A DNA stretch of 64,000 nucleotides, taken from contig NC_135668.1 of NCBI RefSeq assembly GCF_964188315.1, forward strand, positions 54,994,001-55,058,000, given 5' to 3'. The translations under genes were made by a program, and so were the position numbers. Of this stretch, positions 1 to 10,171 are shown in pieces (position 1 is the stretch's first letter; every line of letters begins with the position of its first letter). Source of the stretch: Podarcis muralis (taxonomy: Eukaryota). The notes below the pieces were generated by a model. The model had not been told where the DNA came from. It was given only the letters and a program-made list of their open reading frames with translations, and ran no database searches.

Positions 1-1392
1 GGAGCCGTTTTTAAAGATGGCATCTGGTACCTCCCCGACAAGAGGCTCATAATGCCTAGACTATGGGTGCCCAAACACGTAAGAGTTCTACATCAGTGCA
101 CCCACTGGGGGAGGGATAAGCTTATAGACTCAGTCCAACGCTGCTGGTATGCCCCAGGGCTAGCCCTTGCCGCGAAGACAGCAGTCAAAAACTGCCACAC
201 CTGCCAAACCTTTAATCCAAAGCATACTGCCAGATGTCCGCCAGGCGCTCGACCGTGGGCTTTTGTTCCTTTTGAAAGTCTTCAAGTTGACTTTATAGAT
301 TTGCCCCCCTGCCAGGGCTACAAGCATGCTCTCGTCATTATTGATCAACTGACCGGATGGGTGGAATGCCTCCCAGCCCGGCGGGCTAATGCCCAAATGG
401 TCGCAAAGGCCCTACTACAGGACATAATACCACGCTTCGGAGTCCCACGGCACCTAGACAGCGACAGGGGCTCACATTTCACCTCTGAGATAGTACAGCA
501 AGTTGCTAGAGCTCTAGGGATAAAATGGAAACTGCACACTCCATACCATCCCCCATCATCAGGCCAGGTTGAAAGAATGAATCAACAGCTGAAATCACAA
601 CTAGGAAAACTCTGTAAAGATTCCGGAATCAAGTGGATCAATGCCCTCCCCCTAGTCTTACATAATCTCAGAGCATGCCCCCGAGGGAACCTGAATCTAT
701 CCCCCTATGAACTACTCTTTGGGAGACCCTCCCCCGTATATAACACCCAGTTCCCAACATCCGGGCTAGAAGTAGGCGAGTCAGAATTAACACGATATGT
801 GATACAGCTCCAGAGGCAACTCATTCGTCTCCACAGATATGCTGCCTCAAGCCAAAACATCCCCCTAGATGAAAACATCCACCCGTACCAACCAGGGGAC
901 TGGATACTAGCTAAAACCTACCACAAGGTACCCCTACAGCCCACCTGGGAGGGCCCCTACCAAGTACTTTTAACCACTCCAACTTCTGTTAAGGTAGCGG
1001 AAAAAACAGCCTGGTTGCATCACACCCGCTGTAAGCCGGCCTCGCCACCCGAACCCACTCCGGACGGGTCACCCTACCACATCCCAGGCCGACCAGCAGA
1101 CGACGACGATACCACTGAGGAGACCCAACAGACCGGACCAGATCGGGGCACGAATCGAGCCCAACAGACCGGACCAGATCGGGGCACGAATCGAGCCCAA
1201 CAGACCGGACCAGATCGGGGCACGAATCGAGCCCAACAGACCGGACCAGATCGGGGCACGAATCGAGCCCAACAGACCGGACCCGGCACACCCCACACAT
1301 CTGCACGTTGGACCTCTGAGATCATCCCAACAACCGACCAGGACGACCAACCCCCAATTCGCCTCAAACTTCGTAAAACACACGCAGTTTGA
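1..1392 (+). CDS. pol: ERV pol, 3' part (integrase); open from the window edge, gene start lies upstream of the window
   Basis: Frame +1 has no stop from 1 to TGA at 1390-1392. HHCC zinc finger (HQCTH...CHTC), catalytic D-D-E (QVDFIDL, LDSDRGSHF, SGQVERMN) and GPY/F module (WEGPYQVLLTTPTSVKV), as in class I (gamma/epsilon-like) retroviruses. Confidence 0.95.
   Translation, partial: GAVFKDGIWYLPDKRLIMPRLWVPKHVRVLHQCTHWGRDKLIDSVQRCWYAPGLALAAKTAVKNCHTCQTFNPKHTARCPPGARPWAFVPFESLQVDFIDLPPCQGYKHALVIIDQLTGWVECLPARRANAQMVAKALLQDIIPRFGVPRHLDSDRGSHFTSEIVQQVARALGIKWKLHTPYHPPSSGQVERMNQQLKSQLGKLCKDSGIKWINALPLVLHNLRACPRGNLNLSPYELLFGRPSPVYNTQFPTSGLEVGESELTRYVIQLQRQLIRLHRYAASSQNIPLDENIHPYQPGDWILAKTYHKVPLQPTWEGPYQVLLTTPTSVKVAEKTAWLHHTRCKPASPPEPTPDGSPYHIPGRPADDDDTTEETQQTGPDRGTNRAQQTGPDRGTNRAQQTGPDRGTNRAQQTGPDRGTNRAQQTGPGTPHTSARWTSEIIPTTDQDDQPPIRLKLRKTHAV
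1126..1284 (+). repeat. 36-bp coding tandem repeat (QQTGPDRGTNRA x4 plus partial) in the integrase C-terminal tail
   Basis: CAACAGACCGGACCAGATCGGGGCACGAATCGAGCC at 1126, 1162, 1198 and 1234 (identical), plus a 15-bp partial at 1270. Confidence 0.97.
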
Positions 1393-1574
1393 CAGCTCGA
1401 CAGTTTGACAGCTCCGCGTTTGACAGCTCGGCGTTTGACAGCTCGGCAGTTTGACAGCTCGGCAGTTTGACAGCTCGGCAGTTTGACAGCTCGGCAATTT
1501 GACAGCTCAGCAGTTTGACAGCTCAGCAGTTTGACAGCTCGGCAGTTTGACAGCTCGGCAGTTTGACACCTCCG
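1385..1574 (+). repeat. 15/16-bp tandem array (consensus CAGTTTGACAGCTCGG), 12 units, between pol and env
   Basis: 12 units counted directly; 11 carry TTTGACAGCTC. The first unit supplies the pol stop codon. Confidence 0.97.
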
Positions 1575-1617
1575 ACAGCTCCTCATCTTGACAACCGCGC
1601 TTCACACCACCTCAAAG

Positions 1618-3663
1618 ATGACAACTACCATACCCACCGTAATTATCCTCTCCATTACCTCCTCCCTTTCTCAACACTCCATAACAACACACAGCTCTTG
1701 TCCGGGATTACAAATGGAATACAAATATCTGGACTTTGGAATTGTTGACATGGTAAAAAGGGGGACACCAGACCGCCTAGGGGATTTTGACTTCTGCTTG
1801 CCCGAAACCCGCGTTCTCCTTCGACATGCCATACTGCCAATCCTCAACACTCACCAAACTTGGGAACTGTTTATTCGCTCGCCCACCTACACCCTACTGG
1901 GCAAGCTCACCCTTACCAAAGACGGACCTTGGAATCGAGCCCACTGCCACAATGGGTCTTATGTACTCTTTTCTGATGGCACACCCGAACAAACTCTGAA
2001 CTGGACACTACTAAACAATGGAGGCGGTGACTCAGTTTATACTGACCGAAACCACCCCACAGATCACCTAATTCATGGATTTTATTGCCAACGAGTAGAC
2101 ACTACCCCACGCCAAACCATCTTACAAGGAGTTTGCCTCCGACGGTACTGCTGCGTCTGGGACATCGGACTCGCCTCCGATTGGGACGGGAAAGCGTACC
2201 TCGAGGGCTGGCATTACTCCGTAGCACCACCAACGACATGGGACACTACCGGACCTCAAAGGTGCGGAGGCCTCACCACAAACCTCACCTACCTACTCCG
2301 CCAAGACCCCCTTCACCCCCCAGGCACCGCACCTCGACTAAGGGGGGAACTGTCGATATCCGAGAACTCTGAAAATAATGACTTTCTATCCGCTTGGCAT
2401 TCCAACACCTACGTGAAACTGATCTCCCAAATTGCAAAACAGACAACCACCACAGAGTGTTGGATCTGTGCCAACGCCCCCTCGCACCTCCACAGTGGCA
2501 TACCATTTCTTGGAGTACCTCTCACCCTACAACAACATCTCTCCGCTGACGTGCAATCCTGGAACCTGACTGCCGTGAATCTGACTCACCAGTACATCTA
2601 CTTAACTGGACCCACAACAGGCGACCTCTGCCGGAAATTCAGCGGGAACGACAAGGTCATAGGCGAGAGTACCTGTAAGTACACCATTGATATTTCTTTG
2701 AACGGGAAGATTACCTTATGGCACCGAGGCAACCCCTCTACCCAGCCCAGCCTCACATCTGCATGGAAACACGTCATGACCTTACCCGACTCCTGGGCAC
2801 CCTCCCCTGTCACCCAGTGTTTTTTCCGTACCTTCCTCACTGGGCGCATAGACTCATGCCTACAGGGCTTGTTCTGGGTTTGTGGCCACCGCGGCTATGT
2901 ATGGGCCAGCCCCCACTCCCGCGGCACCTGTTACCTCGGTCTGATCTTGCCTGGAGTCCGGGTCACCCAAGATCTACCCTCCGGAAGGAGGCGCAATAAA
3001 AGGGCAAAAGACTTATCGCAACTCTCCGATGTAGCAGCTAACAGTGAAACGTATGGCCGGGCTCTTTTCCCCGCGTATGGAGCCGGCTCCAACCACGTAG
3101 ACATCCTTAAACTAACAGACATCCTGTTAAATTTCATGGAAGAGTCCAATGCAGCTACCCAAGCTATCCTGACGGAGTTAACGGAAGTCAGGCAGACTTC
3201 GATTCAGAACCGCCTTGCTTTGGACTACGTTCTCGCCTCGACGGGAGGCGTTTGTGCCCTCGTCGGAACCGAGTGCTGCACACACGTGTCCGACCAAACC
3301 CTCAACATTACCGGACACCTTAATAACATCCACAAACTAGCGGACGGACTTAAAGATATCCAACATGAGGGACTCTCAGATATCCAGTTGTGGAGCTGGC
3401 TGCCTGGGTCTGGCTGGCTAAAACAACTCCTAGGAAACGGACTTCTGATCCTCATCACTGTAACCATCTGCATAGCTGTCTTCTGCTGCGCAGTCCACTG
3501 TTTCCCGATGTGCTGTCAAACTTGCGACTCTTGTCTCCCAACCCCTCGCCCGCGATCGGCCACCGTTTACAGACCACCAGCACCAGGGACCCAACCGAAC
3601 TGCATGGAAATGGGACCCCTGGAGGACTTCCAGAATCTGAACTCTAGGTATGACTTCTACTAA
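1618..3663 (+). CDS. env: ERV envelope glycoprotein, intact, 681 aa, gamma-type
   Basis: First ATG at 1618 in the 1588-3663 ORF. Hydrophobic N-terminus, CWIC (2458-2469), furin site RRRNKR (2986-3003), immunosuppressive-domain-like IQNRLALDYVLA, CX6CC (CALVGTECC), membrane anchor LLILITVTICIAVF. Confidence 0.95.
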   Translation: MTTTIPTVIILSITSSLSQHSITTHSSCPGLQMEYKYLDFGIVDMVKRGTPDRLGDFDFCLPETRVLLRHAILPILNTHQTWELFIRSPTYTLLGKLTLTKDGPWNRAHCHNGSYVLFSDGTPEQTLNWTLLNNGGGDSVYTDRNHPTDHLIHGFYCQRVDTTPRQTILQGVCLRRYCCVWDIGLASDWDGKAYLEGWHYSVAPPTTWDTTGPQRCGGLTTNLTYLLRQDPLHPPGTAPRLRGELSISENSENNDFLSAWHSNTYVKLISQIAKQTTTTECWICANAPSHLHSGIPFLGVPLTLQQHLSADVQSWNLTAVNLTHQYIYLTGPTTGDLCRKFSGNDKVIGESTCKYTIDISLNGKITLWHRGNPSTQPSLTSAWKHVMTLPDSWAPSPVTQCFFRTFLTGRIDSCLQGLFWVCGHRGYVWASPHSRGTCYLGLILPGVRVTQDLPSGRRRNKRAKDLSQLSDVAANSETYGRALFPAYGAGSNHVDILKLTDILLNFMEESNAATQAILTELTEVRQTSIQNRLALDYVLASTGGVCALVGTECCTHVSDQTLNITGHLNNIHKLADGLKDIQHEGLSDIQLWSWLPGSGWLKQLLGNGLLILITVTICIAVFCCAVHCFPMCCQTCDSCLPTPRPRSATVYRPPAPGTQPNCMEMGPLEDFQNLNSRYDFY

Positions 3664-3716
3664 TTTGTGCGGAGAAAAGGATTGCGCGGCTTCCCTACCC
3701 TCGCAATCTTATCTCC

Positions 3717-3728
3717 GAAGGGGGGAAC
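3717..3728 (+). other. polypurine tract (PPT)
   Basis: GAAGGGGGGAAC 54 nt after the env stop, followed directly by TG at 3729. Confidence 0.7.
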
Positions 3729-4536
3729 TGTCGCCGGAAATCGCCCCCCCCCTCAGTAACGCGTACTGCACAAGCACCACATTCACATGTACACGTGTCC
3801 CCCCCCCTTTTTTTCCAGACCTAAGAGGTGCCCCTTTAGAGGGCCACCTCTTGAAAGCCTTCCGTAAATAAGGAAGTGCTGGTTTGACAGCTCTCCGCTC
3901 TAGCGCTCCACGCCGCCCTATCCTTATTGCGAGTAGACCGGACGACTGAACTCTAGGTCAACCAGCGACCGCGTCAACCAATCAGTGTTACCGAACAGCG
4001 CCCCTTGTGGCGGCCACGCTGGTACTGCAGGCTGCGAGCGTCTGTTCCCTCCGCTTTTGACAGCTCTCCATTCATTGTTTCCGAGTTCACTGAACCGTGA
4101 CTGATTTAATCAAAATGTTGCAAGTTGTTTCCGAGAAGGGAAAGTGCTTTGAACTTCAGTGACTGTATTCTTTACAAATTCACCAAAAATCAGCCGTACT
4201 ACGGATTCCCACCGGACCACTTTTATTACACTGCATATTACAAGGACTATCAAAGGGGGGTGGATTGGGATTGATCGGCCATAATCCTTGAACCGCGCAG
4301 TCACGTACCAAGCTGCCCTTCTCCGGATGGCGGGGCAACCTTGATAGCCATCGGGAGGGCTCAGACAGCATCCCATCAGAAACACAATAGACTGCATACG
4401 GTAGTGTATTCCACACGACTCCGAATAAAGGGCTCTGGCCGGACCCCCCTCAGGGGGCAGGAAGACTTCGCCCTTTCCTTTTGTTTCTGGGAATGACTTA
4501 TGAGGAGGGGGGAGAGGAGGTCACTGCCAGGTGACA
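3729..4536 (+). mobile_element. 3' LTR of the ERV (right boundary uncertain: 4536, 4723 or 4830)
   Basis: Starts TGTCGCC after the PPT; CCAAT near 3978; AATAAA at 4424-4429; GGTGACA at 4530-4536 is a near-inverted repeat of the start. The 5' LTR is outside the window, so this cannot be confirmed. Confidence 0.55.
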
Positions 4537-4830
4537 GGCTGCTCGGATTACCTGGAAACTCCTCCCCGACTCCTCCTGTTCCTTAATAAAATCATGATGT
4601 AAATATGATGTAATTTTGGGGGTGTAGTCAAGGGGATTAGTGGTTAATAAAAGTTAGGGTCTCCCATTGTTCAGGGCTTCCATTTTGTTTCACCTCGTGG
4701 ACGGTGGGAGCCCTGTCGCGACAGTCTTTTTCTTCAATAAAGACCAGGCCTACAGGCTGCTGTTTTGCTCTGAATTGCTTTGGTTGGTGTCTTTGTTTGT
4801 CCAAGGGAGCCCTCGGATTTTCCTGTAACA
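4537..4830 (+). mobile_element. LTR-like 3' segment (second LTR remnant or extension of the ERV LTR)
   Basis: TATA-like TTAATAAAAG near 4644, AATAAA near 4736, GT-rich tail, ends TGTAACA at 4830. Confidence 0.4.
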
Positions 4831-5496
4831 GTTTCCCCTCTGCAAACCGTCAGATGGGACTGGAGGCTGCTTGCTGGGAAAGTGAAGCCCCTGGAGATCA
4901 GCCAGCATTTTGAATTTGAAATGTGCTGTTGCGCTTCCTTCATCCTCTGCTGTGCCTCAGTCTCTCTTTCGGTCCAGCAGAGGCTCCGGGGAGGAGGGTG
5001 GGGCAGCACAGAGGAATGTTGGCCTCCTCTTCTGCCGCCCCCGAAACAGCTCACAGCTGTAGCAGTCGGAGCCCTTCCTTCCCTCTTTCCCTGCCTGCTC
5101 ATTTCTGGGGCTTTCCAGAGATGAGACTAAGCCTGAGATTTCCATCTCTCTGCAAATAGCTCTCCCTGACCCAGCCCAATGGCAGCGCTGGCTTGGGATC
5201 TGTTTTTGAGTCCCAAGATCCACCCACAGGAGCCTGAAGGATCTGGAGCCCAGATCTGCGAGGAGCAGGAACCACAGGCCTTCCAGGACACAAAAATCCA
5301 CTCCTGGGCTTTATCCTTTTCAGCAGTGAAATTGAGGGGGGTGGGCAACAGGGGAGGGAGGGGGGAGGCTGTCATGTTACTTGAGCTTTCATTAGATGCT
5401 TCTTACAGATGTACTGCAAGCCCTCAAGTCTTGTGCCCACCCCTCCTCCATCCCAGGATCCCCAAATCCAGCTGGGGCTCCCCTGCTTTTTTTGGC

Positions 5497-6040
5497 TAAT
5501 AATAATAATAAATTTTTATTTATAGCTCACCCTTCCCGGTTCAAAAACCAGGCTCAGGGCGGCTAACAACAAATTTAAAACATTTAATTATTAAAGCAGC
5601 ATAAAATACAGTATAAAAACATGAATAACAATAAAATTCAAAAATCAATTTAGGGGAAATAAGCATTAAATAATCCCCAGGGCTAGCTGGCTGAATTGGT
5701 CTACTTGGGCCAGCGAGGAGACCAGGGGAGAATTAGCTGTGTGGTCCCAGAGCGGGTAATCTTCATAAAAGGGGAGGGGGAGGGAAGAAAAGGGAAATAA
5801 AATATCAGGCTGAATTCAAATTAAAGGCCAGGCAGAACTTCTCTGCCTTACAGGCCCGACGGAAGAAGGTTAAATCCTGCAGGGCCCTGGTCTCATTGGA
5901 CAGAGCATTCCACCAGGTCGGAGCCATCACTGAGAAGGCCCTGGCGCTGGTGGAGGATAGTCTGACTTCCTTAGGGCCCGGGACCTCTAAACTATGGACC
6001 TTAAGGTCCTCTGCGGGGCAGACCAGGATAAATCTAGTGT
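5497..6040 (-). mobile_element. L2-clade LINE 3' fragment
   Basis: Antisense of the same L2 3' end seen at 9634-10180 and 18150-18730; (ATT)n tail at the left end. Confidence 0.75.
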
Positions 6041-6854
6041 GTCCGTTGAGCACAAAAGCATTGATGGAGCACAGAAATGGAGCAACAGGAGGAGGAGGAA
6101 CAAGGGGACAAGCAGGATGGGGCCTTTCTGCTGGTGACAGATGCAGCAAGGCAGCTCTAAGCCAGGCCAGCTCAGAATCAAAGGAGGCAGCAGAGAGGAA
6201 GTCTGTGCCTGTCGCTCTCAGATGCCCCCAGTCGACAGGAGGTGGGCAAACGGTGCCAGGGAGCAATGGCCACTGCAATTGTTTTAGTATCTACTTGATT
6301 AACCCTCAAAGCCAATTGATCCCACGGTAGCATTGAGACCGTTTGAGATACTGAACTTCCAAGCCAAAGACCAAAAGGAACCACATGGGGAATTATATTG
6401 TTGTAAAAGCTATTCGGTCATCAATAAATGAGTGCAAAGAATGATCCCTGGGAGATCAATTAATTCACCAGGGTTTCGCCCCCCCCAGTTGTTTACTGGT
6501 GCCCCAGCTTCCCTTGGGTGGGGTCCCAGAAGAGCAGCCCAGAGCAAGGTCAGATTAGCTGGCTTGGAACATCCAGGGGACCTCCCCCGAGCTGGCCTGC
6601 AGATCAGGTCCTGGCGGTCCAAGTAACACCAGAAACTGTCATGGGCCAGGAGTTGGCTTCACCTGCTGAGCAGCAGCCTGAAGGAGCAGAAGGCAAAGTG
6701 ACTCTGCCTGCTACTGATTAGCCTTCTTGCTCCTGATGTGAATCTGCTGGCTCCAGCTTCTTCAGCAGGGTTTGCAGCCTCAGTCAGTTGCTGGAAACAA
6801 CATTCGTCGTTCCTGGCCAAACCTTGCTGCTTCTTGCTCCTCGTGACCTTGGAC

Positions 6855-7369
6855 CAGGGGTCAGCAAACTTTTTCAGCAGAGGGCCGGTCCACTGTCCCT
6901 CAGACCTTGTGGAGGGCCGGACTATATTTTTTTTGGGGGGGGGGAATGAAGAAGAAGAAGAGGAGTTTGGATTTGATATCCCGCTTTATCACTCCCCTTC
7001 AGGAGTCTCAAAGTGGCTAACATTCTCCTTTCCCTTCCTCCCCCACAACAAACACTCTGTGAGGTGAGTGGGGCTGAGAGACTTCAGAGAAGTGTGACTG
7101 GCCCGAGGTCACCCAGCAGCTGCATGTGGAGGAGCGGGAAAGCAAACCCGGTTCACCAGATTACAAGTCCACCGCTCTTAACCACCACACCACACTGGCT
7201 GTCCAGTGAACAGATTCCTATGCCCCACAAATAACCCAGAGATGCATTTTAAATAAAAGGACACAATCTACTCATGTAAAAACATGCTGATTCCCAGACC
7301 ATCTGCAGGCTGGATTGAGAAGGCGACTGGGCCAGATCCAGCCCCCGGGCCTTAGTTTGCCTACCCATG
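6855..7369. mobile_element. hAT-family MITE with nested SINE
   Basis: Flanked by 8-bp target-site duplication CCTTGGAC (6847-6854 and 7370-7377); homologous to 52656-52903. Confidence 0.85.
6949..7200 (-). mobile_element. tRNA-derived SINE with (TTC)n tail, inserted in the MITE
   Basis: Minus strand begins AGCCAGTGTGGTGTGGTGGTTAAGAGC with A/B-box-like motifs; (GAA)n tail on the plus strand near 6949-6960. Confidence 0.75.
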
Positions 7370-8367
7370 CCTTGGACCCTCGGGTTTCTTGACCCCTGGA
7401 CCGTCCGACTACATGAACTGAGATAGTCTTGACCTTAGGACTGGACTGGACCTTGTAAATGGACTCTGCCTCCAGGCCAGTTCCCCCCTGAGACTTGGCT
7501 GGTTGGCTCTGCAACAAAAACAAATGAATTGCTGCACTGCAATGTGCCTTTCCTTCTTATGTGCCTCCCAGTTGCTACGTGGCAAATATTTTTTATCCTT
7601 TCCAGAACAATGTGAGCCACAGAATGCCTGGAGGAACAGGAAGCCGCTGCTTCCCTCCAGAGACGGGTTGTGGGTTGTTCCCCTCAACCCCTCCAGTGTG
7701 GCCTGCTCTGACTGGCAGCAGCCCTCCGGGGTCTCCTCTAGCAGAGAACAGCCTTTCCCACCCCAGCTCCGAGAAGATAGAAAGACAAGGGTGAAACAGT
7801 TCTCAGGAATTCCTCTGGGCAGCGCCAGCTTCTGCAGGGTGAGGGAGTGCCAGCAAGCCGCCTGCCAGTCACCCAAGGCAGGCTGCAAAGGCAGAGTCCA
7901 TCCTCCTGCTCTGCCCGAATTCTCTGGCTGCCCGGGAGGAGGGAGGGGCTGGCTGGCTGGCTGGCATCCCGTGCTATTAACTGCAGTGGGAGACTCTGCA
8001 TCCGCAGCTGGCTGGGGGGACATTTTTATCTTTGGGCATTTGTCAGGCAACAGTATCCGCCATCGTGGTGGGCTTGGCCGGCTGGGCCGCATGCCGAGAC
8101 TCAGCGGAGCCCCTCAGCCCCCAGGCCCTGCTTCAGCAAACCCTAGCAGCCCCTGCCCCATGGAAGGGCTTGCCCTATGGAGAAGGGGCACTTGCCCAGC
8201 CTCCTGGACCCCCCCCCCTGCAAAGGAGCTCATCTTCCTCTCTTGGGCAGTGGGCTCTGTATCTGCAGTCTTCTAGGCTCAAGGCAGACCACTGCTTCTA
8301 CCAAATGGATGCATTTATTGGGTAAAGCATTCTTGATAGGGCCAGGGAAACCGACAGGCACTGAGGG

Positions 8368-8386
8368 AAAGAAGAAGAAGAAGAAG

Positions 8387-8416
<30 letters not shown>
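8368..8416. repeat. (GAA)n microsatellite
   Basis: Direct observation. Confidence 0.95.
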
Positions 8417-8417
<1 letters not shown>

Positions 8418-8419
8418 GA

Positions 8420-8720
8420 TGCCGTGGCTTCCAACCAATTATTAAAATACAGTGGTCTGTTAAACATTAAAAGCTTCCCTAAAAAGGGCTGCCTTCAGAT
8501 GTCTTCTAAAAGTCTGGTAGCTGTTCTTCTCTTTGACATCTGGTGGGAGGGCGTTCCACAGGGCGGGAGCCACTACCAAGAAGGCCCTCTGCCTGGTTCC
8601 CTGTAACTTGGCTTCTTGCAGGGAGGGAACCGCTAGAAGACCCTCAGAGCTGGACCTCAGTGTCCAGGTAGAACGATGGGGGTGGAGACGCTCCTTCAGG
8701 TCTACTGGACTGAGGCCGTG
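8420..8720 (-). mobile_element. L2 LINE 3' fragment
   Basis: Near-identical to the 3' end of the 32225-33194 element (antisense frame LQGTRQRAFLVVAPALWNALP). Confidence 0.85.
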
Positions 8721-8989
8721 ATCTAAAGATGAAGAATGAAATCCAGGAAGCATCCGAAGGAGGAACTGAGGCAGTAAAGGCGGCGTTTCAGTCACTGGGT
8801 ACTTGTGTGCTCAAGTCAGGGCAAAGGGATAAAATTTCTTATTTGACGGAGCAGTTATTGGGTGTTTATGTTTAATACTTTTTATTAATTTTCGGAAAGG
8901 ATTCATTCTCTCAAACAGGATCTGATGATACAATTACGGTTCACTGTTGAGCAAATGCAGACACGAAACAAAACCAGGGTCAGTAAAGC

Positions 8990-9480
8990 CGAGGTCTGTG
9001 CCTGGATGCGCGGATGCCGAGAGAGGCCGGGATTCCGCGCAGCCTTCGGGGTTGCCCCGGCTCCCCCCGGCAGGGGGCGCCCCGACGGACTCGAGGGGGC
9101 GGAGACCTCGAGGGGGCGGGACGGCCAGAATCCCCTCCCTCTGGCGCAGCCATGCCGGGGCCGCAGAAACGGCTTCCTCGCGAGCAGGAGGCGGAGGCAG
9201 CGGCAGACGGGCCCCTGGCCAAGGCGCCCTCCCCGCCCCGCCTGGGCGCCGCCTTCTTCGACCAGCCGTGCGTCCGCCTGGCCAGGGCGCTGCTCGGACA
9301 GGTGAGGGACGGGGACCCCGCCGCTCCTCGGGGGAGGCGCCCTGGCCGGGCGGGCACGGCTTCCTTCGCCGAGGAGGCGCCCCCGACGGCGGGGCCGAGC
9401 CGAGACCCTCCGGCTCCGAGCGGGGCCTGGCCAGGGCAGGAGCGAAAGCGCAATTACGCATGCAGAGAAGCGCATGCCTG
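8990..9480. promoter_or_regulatory. CpG island / MPG promoter and first coding exon
   Basis: Dense CpG, GC boxes, CTCF core CCGGCAGGGGGCGC at 9067-9080, NRF1-like GCGCATGC near 9469-9477. Confidence 0.7.
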
Positions 9481-10140
9481 AATTCTACTCGTGTTTCATT
9501 GTTTCACAATTGTGTCCCACCCCGATGATTTTAGCTGCTTCTGTTTTATCTGTAAGACGCCTTGGCTCCCCGTGTGGAGAAAAGGCAGTACTGTATATAA
9601 ATTTTATGATGAGAATAATAATAATTATTAATACAGGGTCCTCGCCACGCAATCACATTCACCCAGTTCTATACCAGCTGCACTGGCTCCGGGTGGAGTA
9701 CAGGATCAGGTTTAAGGTGCTGGTTTTGACCTTTAAAGCCCTATGCGGCCTAGGACCCTCGTACCTACGGGACCCTCTCCTGGTATGTCCCACAGAGGAC
9801 CTTATGGTCTTCAAATAAAAACATCTTGGAGGTCCCGGGCCACAGGGAGGTTAGGCTGGCCTCCGCCAGGGCCTTCTCAGTGATGGCTCCCACCTGGTGG
9901 AGGAGATTAGGGCCCTGCAGGACTTGACATCTTTCCACAGGGCCTGCAAGACGAAGCTGTTCCACCAAGGCTCAGTCTGACCCCCTCTCCTTCTGTAATC
10001 TTCATAGAACTCTAGCCCAATGATTGCCATTAATTTGATTTTGAATTGATTTTAGAATGAATTGATTTTGGAATGCTGGGTTACTTTTATTGTTGTTAGC
10101 CGCTCTGAGCCCGGCTTCGGTTGGGGAAGGCGAGATATAA

Positions 10141-10171
<31 letters not shown>

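Noticed and set aside
1385-1574. CRISPR-like appearance of the 16-bp array
   Set aside because: Units are contiguous with no unique spacers, and the context is a vertebrate ERV.
4900-8900. RHBDF1 coding exons expected upstream of MPG
   Set aside because: No iRhom-like peptide found; ORFs such as 7409-8092 and 7503-8276 look non-coding. The gene presumably lies beyond the ERV.
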